In this document: positions 58,980 to 64,000 of the stretch, piece after piece
How positions within the stretch are numbered: position 1 is the first letter of the stretch
Layout: every line of letters starts with the position of its first letter
From: Schizosaccharomyces osmophilus
Lineage: Eukaryota
DNA: 64,000 nucleotides
Reading direction: 5' to 3'
NCBI RefSeq assembly: GCF_027921745.1
Contig: NC_079238.1
Span: 3,534,001 to 3,598,000, forward strand
Made by a program: the position numbers and the translations under genes
The notes under the pieces: generated by a model
Database searches by the model: none
What the model was told of the DNA's origin: nothing
What the model saw: the letters and a program-made list of their open reading frames with translations, nothing else

Positions 58980-60090
58980 TTATATAGACTCGAGGAAAGA
59001 CCGTGTTTCCTTACCGGGAGTATCAGTTTCATTAGGCTGACCAGCATCGTCTTGCTTTGTTGGTCTGGCATTTAACATTTCTTTCGCTTGACGGCAACTG
59101 CTTTCATACACGAAGCTTTTTATAACTTTTTCTTTCATGTTTATCAGATAATTTATGTCCGGAGAAATAGCAGATTGAAGGAACTTTTGAAGGGTTTCTA
59201 ATTTTTCGCGATCGATTCGGGAATTTTGTAAGGATTGAAGTAACGAAGGAATTGTTGCAACTTCTTCTTCTTCAGTGTCCGTGATGGCTGATAGGCTTCC
59301 AGTATGCTGAGTGCGTATTGGGGGTTTGGTAACCGCGTAAGAGGAAGATATTGTAAAGTAATCATTCATGAGCCTTGGATCATCTCTCAAGCATTCCGTC
59401 TTTGTGGTTAATATTACTGAGATAGAAGTATGAGGAAAGCTTACCTTTTTTCGCTGCCGAATCCATCGACGGCGTCGAACAAACGACTGTAATGATATTG
59501 GTCTTCCATTCCAATTCGAGAAACCGAATGAAAATCCATATTGCCATCCGGACTCATCCACATCTCCATTCATATCGACGTACCAACGTTGCCAGACCTA
59601 CACATCAGAATTGCCTTTCCATATCCAAGAAGCACTCAATGAGTCCTATTGAAGACTCAGTGAACGCTGGAGATGGAAAAACAATAACGGTTAGCAAACC
59701 TTCTCTCAGCAAGTGAATAAAGGAATTGAAAAATGGGAAAAGACTGCGTAAACACGACCATTGGTATCTGGTTTCGGCAATACGCATAAATTCTTGTACC
59801 AGTACATCCTTTAGAAACCGTTTCTCTACTTACCCATTCCCAACTTGGATCCGGACAGGTTGCCGTTTTTATATTGACTGGTGATGCTTTAAAATTCCCG
59901 TCTACCCAAGGAGCAGGATCAAAGTTCAAAAGCGACTTTTCTGAAAAGTAAACAGCTCCACAGAATGTAATCCTAATAACTTTTGTTAGACCTTTTATCC
60001 TTTTTCAATCGTCTTGGTCTTGATTAAAACAAACCCTCGTTGATTTTCGTATAAGACGTCTAATTGTTGGAAAGAATCCGTTTCATCCAT
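58980..60090 (-). CDS. mug65: Dysferlin-domain sporulation protein Spo73/Mug65
   Basis: Exons 60090-60035, 59972-59834, 59597-59445 and 59399-58980. Dysferlin motifs LYENQRG, PDPSWEW|VWQRWYVDM..DVDESGWQY and FVRRRRWIR. Confidence 0.87.
59610..59685 (-). other. Intronic RNA hairpin between branch point and 3' splice site of mug65 intron 2
   Basis: 76-nt imperfect inverted repeat with about 32 bp, including 5 G-U pairs that form only on the mRNA strand. Confidence 0.8.
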
Positions 60091-60199
60091 CTATGATTTG
60101 CAAACAGCTCTTTTCCATTTAGAAGACAATTCAAAGATAATAATACAATGCAAACAACTATAAAAATACTAAAACCACAAAAGCTGTGATTTTTGGTTG

Positions 60200-60292
60200 T
60201 GTTTACTCAATATGTGCTCTTTATTATTTTGCTTTCTATGGGTTGTGTGTTTCGTAAACAACTTTCGTACATTGAAACGTACGAAGTAAACA
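60200..60292. promoter_or_regulatory. Three FLEX core sites (GTAAACA) upstream of mug65
   Basis: TGTTTAC 60200-60206, GTAAACA 60254-60260 and GTAAACA 60286-60292, 110-200 bp upstream of the ATG. Confidence 0.65.
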
Positions 60293-60791
60293 CACAAATG
60301 GGCTGTCATAAATTCCAAAACAAAATTTTTTTTTCCTTGATATCTCTTTAACAAAATATTCTCCAACCGGGCTCACATAAACTAGCTAAAAATGGTTCTC
60401 TATGCTAGATACGTTTTAACATTTATTATCCGCACTTCGCTCCATTGCATTTCTTATATAGTATACCTATATAATTGTAGAGATGTCTACTTGAATATAC
60501 GTCTCATGCAAGAAGGTATAATAACTTTCTGTTTTCGGGACAGGTACAAAATGCTGCATTCTTGTAAAAAACCAATTCCTTACGTTTTATCAATGTGTGC
60601 AAAACAAAGTACATTATTTCCATAGTACGGGCCCTGAAAATGTTTAGAATCCCTTGCTTCATCAATATGCCAGTCTTCCTTGCATATAAGAAAACAAGAT
60701 ACAAAAACGATGGCTCCTTAAAGTCTTCGATCCACACCAATTCTTATCATCTTTTCACTATGGCTGGACAGTTACAAGACTGAAATTGTGC

Positions 60792-61112
60792 CCCTTTGTT
60801 CTACCAGCCCTACTGGAAAGGAAACCAGCACTTTATTATCATATGTAACAAAGAATTACAAAATGTTTTTTTTTTTTCGATTGATTCCTGACAGCCTCTT
60901 CTTTCATTCAACGGCCCTATTGTTGTGATAGTACAATGCGATTCTTTGTCTGATATATAATAAGACTTAGTAATGTGTCGTCATGTCACTTTCTTCAATG
61001 AGTTTTTAAACAAGCCTTTTCTATTGTTATTATGTTGTTGTGGTTGACTTTACATGGGATAAGGAAGAACAATTGTTCAATGGGCATTCTTTTTACCAGC
61101 GCTCCATTGTTT
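60792..61112. promoter_or_regulatory. HMG-box site cluster (Ste11 TR-box and Mat1-Mc M-box like) in sxa2 promoter
   Basis: CCCTTTGTTC 60792; AACAAAGAA 60847 (reverse complement TTCTTTGTT); CTATTGTT 60917 and 61021; ACAATG 60933 next to TTCTTTGTC 60942; GAACAATTGTTC 61067; CCATTGTTT 61104. Confidence 0.6.
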
Positions 61113-61345
61113 GGAATATTATTTATACATTGACAAAATGAACTAGGGAATTGTATGACCTGGTCGTTTTGAAACTCTCTTAATATTTTTGTACGTGTCC
61201 TTTTATGAGTTTACAAAAAACTTGTTCAACAACAATTAATTATGCGTTCTGGATGCCAAGGTGTTATAATTAATACATTGCTGAAATCCTTAGTATCATT
61301 GAGACCGAGAACTAACCATGTAGGAAAAAAAAAACTTAATTCAAA

Positions 61346-62869
61346 ATGAATTTGACTATTCATATTTTGCTCCTGTCATTTTTGCTATACACAGTGCACG
61401 GCCTTCCTGCTTATTCTCCTTGTTCGGCATATTATAATTCTCCTCCAAATAACAATAATGCTTCTTCAGGGTCAACTGCACCAACAAATTATAACACTTC
61501 TAAAAAAGCTGTAAATACGGACCTGGTCACTTCTCTTCCCGAATATGATGGTTCTCTTCCGGAAATGTATTCAGGGTATCTCGGTGCTGAAAATTTGAAA
61601 GAAATTTTCTACACCTTTGCTCCAGCTACCACTTCCACTGATAAATTTATTGTTTGGCTCCAGGGTGGACCGGGCTGTGCTGGAACTTTGGGGTTTTTCA
61701 GCGAAAATGGACCCATCATTCTTGATCCTAACCATCAAACTCCCCAAGACAATCCAAATTCATGGACACGATTTGCTAATATGTTATGGATTGATCAGCC
61801 TTTTGGAACTGGATATTCACAAGGCTCCCCTCTCGCTTCCACAGTGTCTATAGCTACCAGCGACTTCATCCAAACCCTGAAGTCATTCTATGCAAAGTTT
61901 CCTGAAATGAAAGAGAAGGAGTTATACCTAGTGGGTGAGAGTTACGGGAGCGTTTGGGGTGCTTACTTTGCGCAAGCTCTTCGTTCTGACCCAGAATTAC
62001 ATACAATTCCATTTGGAGGTCTTGGTATAATTAGTGGTTTGCTTGCTGACTATGAAACTCAAAATACCATAACTGCTTCCATGTGGTTAGACCATGTAAA
62101 TAAAATGGACCTGTATTATTCAGATGATGCAGCTGAAGTCTCCTCCTTTTTCGCAGCCAAAAATCAACAATGCGGTTATACAGAAGTTTTGGAAAGAATG
62201 CAGTTCCCTGTCGAACAATCCCCGATTCCTAAACCTCAGGTCAATTTAACCAATTCTTTTTCAAAGAGAAAGCGTCAGGCCGATTCTGATTCTAGTAATA
62301 TCCAAGAAGCGTTCCAAATGATTACAGACTGTGATACATATACGCTTACAGACTTTTTATTGTATTTGAAGAATCATTGCATGATTACCTATGATATAAC
62401 GCTTGACTGCAGCTTTAACAGCAACAACGATCCTCTAACGACTTACTTAAACCGAAAGGATGTTCAGCAACAGTTACATGCCACTCGTGTTGAATCAGCA
62501 CTGACATCTTCAAAGGGGATTTTTGGAAACGGCTGCAATTATGATGTTTATGGAGAGATTGTTAAACACGGGGCTCCTTCTATATTAGAGGAAGTTGTTC
62601 CTGAGTTGGTACAAAATAACAAGGTGTCATTTTTAGCCGGTGCTCTAGACTTTCAAATTCTTTGGACTGGTTCATTGTTGGCATTACAAAATACAACTTG
62701 GAATGGATGGCAAGGATTTCAAGAAACCCCGGATTTAAATTCACCTTCTGGATTCACATTAAATGAGCGAAATCTTGCTTTTACACTGTCAAACAATGTG
62801 GGTCATATGGCTCCAAGCAAAGATCCGGCTATGGTCATTGACTGGCTCCAAAAAACATTACTTGATTAA
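61346..62869 (+). CDS. sxa2: Secreted serine carboxypeptidase (S10), P-factor-degrading Sxa2
   Basis: Signal peptide; WLQGGPGC, IDQPFGTGYS, GESYG (catalytic Ser), VGHMAP (catalytic His); internal KRKR processing site; 507 aa; synteny with mug65 and cox4. Confidence 0.88.
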   Translation: MNLTIHILLLSFLLYTVHGLPAYSPCSAYYNSPPNNNNASSGSTAPTNYNTSKKAVNTDLVTSLPEYDGSLPEMYSGYLGAENLKEIFYTFAPATTSTDKFIVWLQGGPGCAGTLGFFSENGPIILDPNHQTPQDNPNSWTRFANMLWIDQPFGTGYSQGSPLASTVSIATSDFIQTLKSFYAKFPEMKEKELYLVGESYGSVWGAYFAQALRSDPELHTIPFGGLGIISGLLADYETQNTITASMWLDHVNKMDLYYSDDAAEVSSFFAAKNQQCGYTEVLERMQFPVEQSPIPKPQVNLTNSFSKRKRQADSDSSNIQEAFQMITDCDTYTLTDFLLYLKNHCMITYDITLDCSFNSNNDPLTTYLNRKDVQQQLHATRVESALTSSKGIFGNGCNYDVYGEIVKHGAPSILEEVVPELVQNNKVSFLAGALDFQILWTGSLLALQNTTWNGWQGFQETPDLNSPSGFTLNERNLAFTLSNNVGHMAPSKDPAMVIDWLQKTLLD

Positions 62870-63322
62870 ACTCAATTCTCTAATAAGGGCTAAAAGTTGT
62901 AAAACTATTATGTATAATTTATTCCTAATGCTGTTCCAAGGGTTTTTGTTTACCAAATCGGTTCAGTGATTTAATTCCCTCTATGATTGTGATTAAACGT
63001 TATGAAAATGTTTTGTTGAATGTTACTGATTTAATTAAGTTATATTAATAAAGAAGTTTGGTTACTATATCTGGATGATTCGTATTGTATGATTTCTAGC
63101 AAAGTAAGATCAATTGATTACAGGAGGAGAATCAAAGTCAGTTTTCGGAAAAAAAAGTTAGACAAAATGATTAACAGTGGTAAGTTGTTGATCATAACAA
63201 TGGTCAATACGTAATGAAAAGACTACAAGGACTTTATCAACAAGTTAATGAATGCAAGAGAATAAAAAAAGTAATGGATATTATAACTACTGAATAATAG
63301 CTGCAGTAAAAAAAAGGAACGA

Positions 63323-64000
63323 TTAATGATGAGATGCGTGAGGATCACCATTGTACTTCAATTTGTAGACAGAACCACATTCGGGGCAACGGCGAGGCTT
63401 TTGCTCGTTGACAGTCATCCAAACCAAATCGTGAGAGCCAGAGGGACTTCCACTACAGCCAACGTGACGGAAGGGATCAAGAGAAGTGACAATGATAGGT
63501 TCATTTAATGTTCCTTTACGGGAAGCATCCAGAGGCTTCATATCGAAAGCATCTTGACCAGCCAATTCGGCCAAGAGTTCCAAACGTTCCAAACCAGTGG
63601 CTTGTTCAATATCAGTAGGAACTTCGCCTTCATGGCCACCAGGGCCGATCAAATCAGAAGCCTCTTTAGCACTGGCAAGCTCTTGAGCGGCGGACTTTGT
63701 AACTAAGGAAAACTAGTTAGTACCATATATCCTCTTTTCACAGAAAACGCGGTTTCCGCAGAAGAAGACAAATAGAGAAACATATATAGAGAAACTACAG
63801 CATATAGCGATGGGATTGAAAGAAAAAAGTCAGTCGAAAGAAAACCATCAAATGGAAATTGAAGGCATCTACAAGGCAAGGATAAGAAGGGGGGAAATTA
63901 CGATGTGTTTATTCATTTTATGTCTTCTTCATTCGGAGATAATTAGCGTTCCGGCAAACAATCACGTACTTTCTTGATTATTGTTACGACGAAAAGCAGT
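63323..64000 (-). CDS. cox4: Cytochrome c oxidase subunit IV (COX5B family), 5' end outside window
   Basis: VPTDIEQATGLERLEL plus Zn ligands GCSG..H..CPECG. Upstream exon 64000-63970, 267-nt intron 63969-63703 (GTACGT..ACTAAC..TAG), exon 63702-63323. Confidence 0.93.

Overview
Eukaryotic, gene-dense, AT-rich DNA from a fission yeast (Schizosaccharomyces). It is close to S. pombe but clearly diverged; an octosporus/cryophilus/osmophilus-type species is likely, though the species cannot be fixed from this window. About 31 protein-coding genes and one tRNA-Glu(UUC) are present. Many genes have short GT-AG introns with CTAAC/CTAAT branch sites, which I resolved by hand. From my recollection of S. 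pombe gene order, 1-56 kb matches a chromosome II block: rpa2, mtm1, ssr4, apc2, sdh7, pkr1, med14, pus7, cct3, sof1, tam41, blt1, top2, leu1, apc10, psd1, rem1, lsd90, an HSBP1 homolog, zrg17 and ksp1. After the tRNA the order switches to a chromosome I block: lcp1, mug65/spo73, sxa2 and cox4. No transposon, rDNA or CRISPR is present. The main observations are four. (1) A 76-nt, ~32-bp RNA hairpin in intron 2 of the sporulation gene mug65/spo73 lies between the branch point and the only frame-preserving 3' splice site and buries every decoy AG. (2) The coding exons of sdh7 and pkr1 overlap on opposite strands. (3) An orphan ORF carries Pex5/Pex20-type motifs, and a 124-aa ORF looks like a minimal Cog7. 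(4) The rem1 intron-retention switch and its FLEX boxes are conserved.
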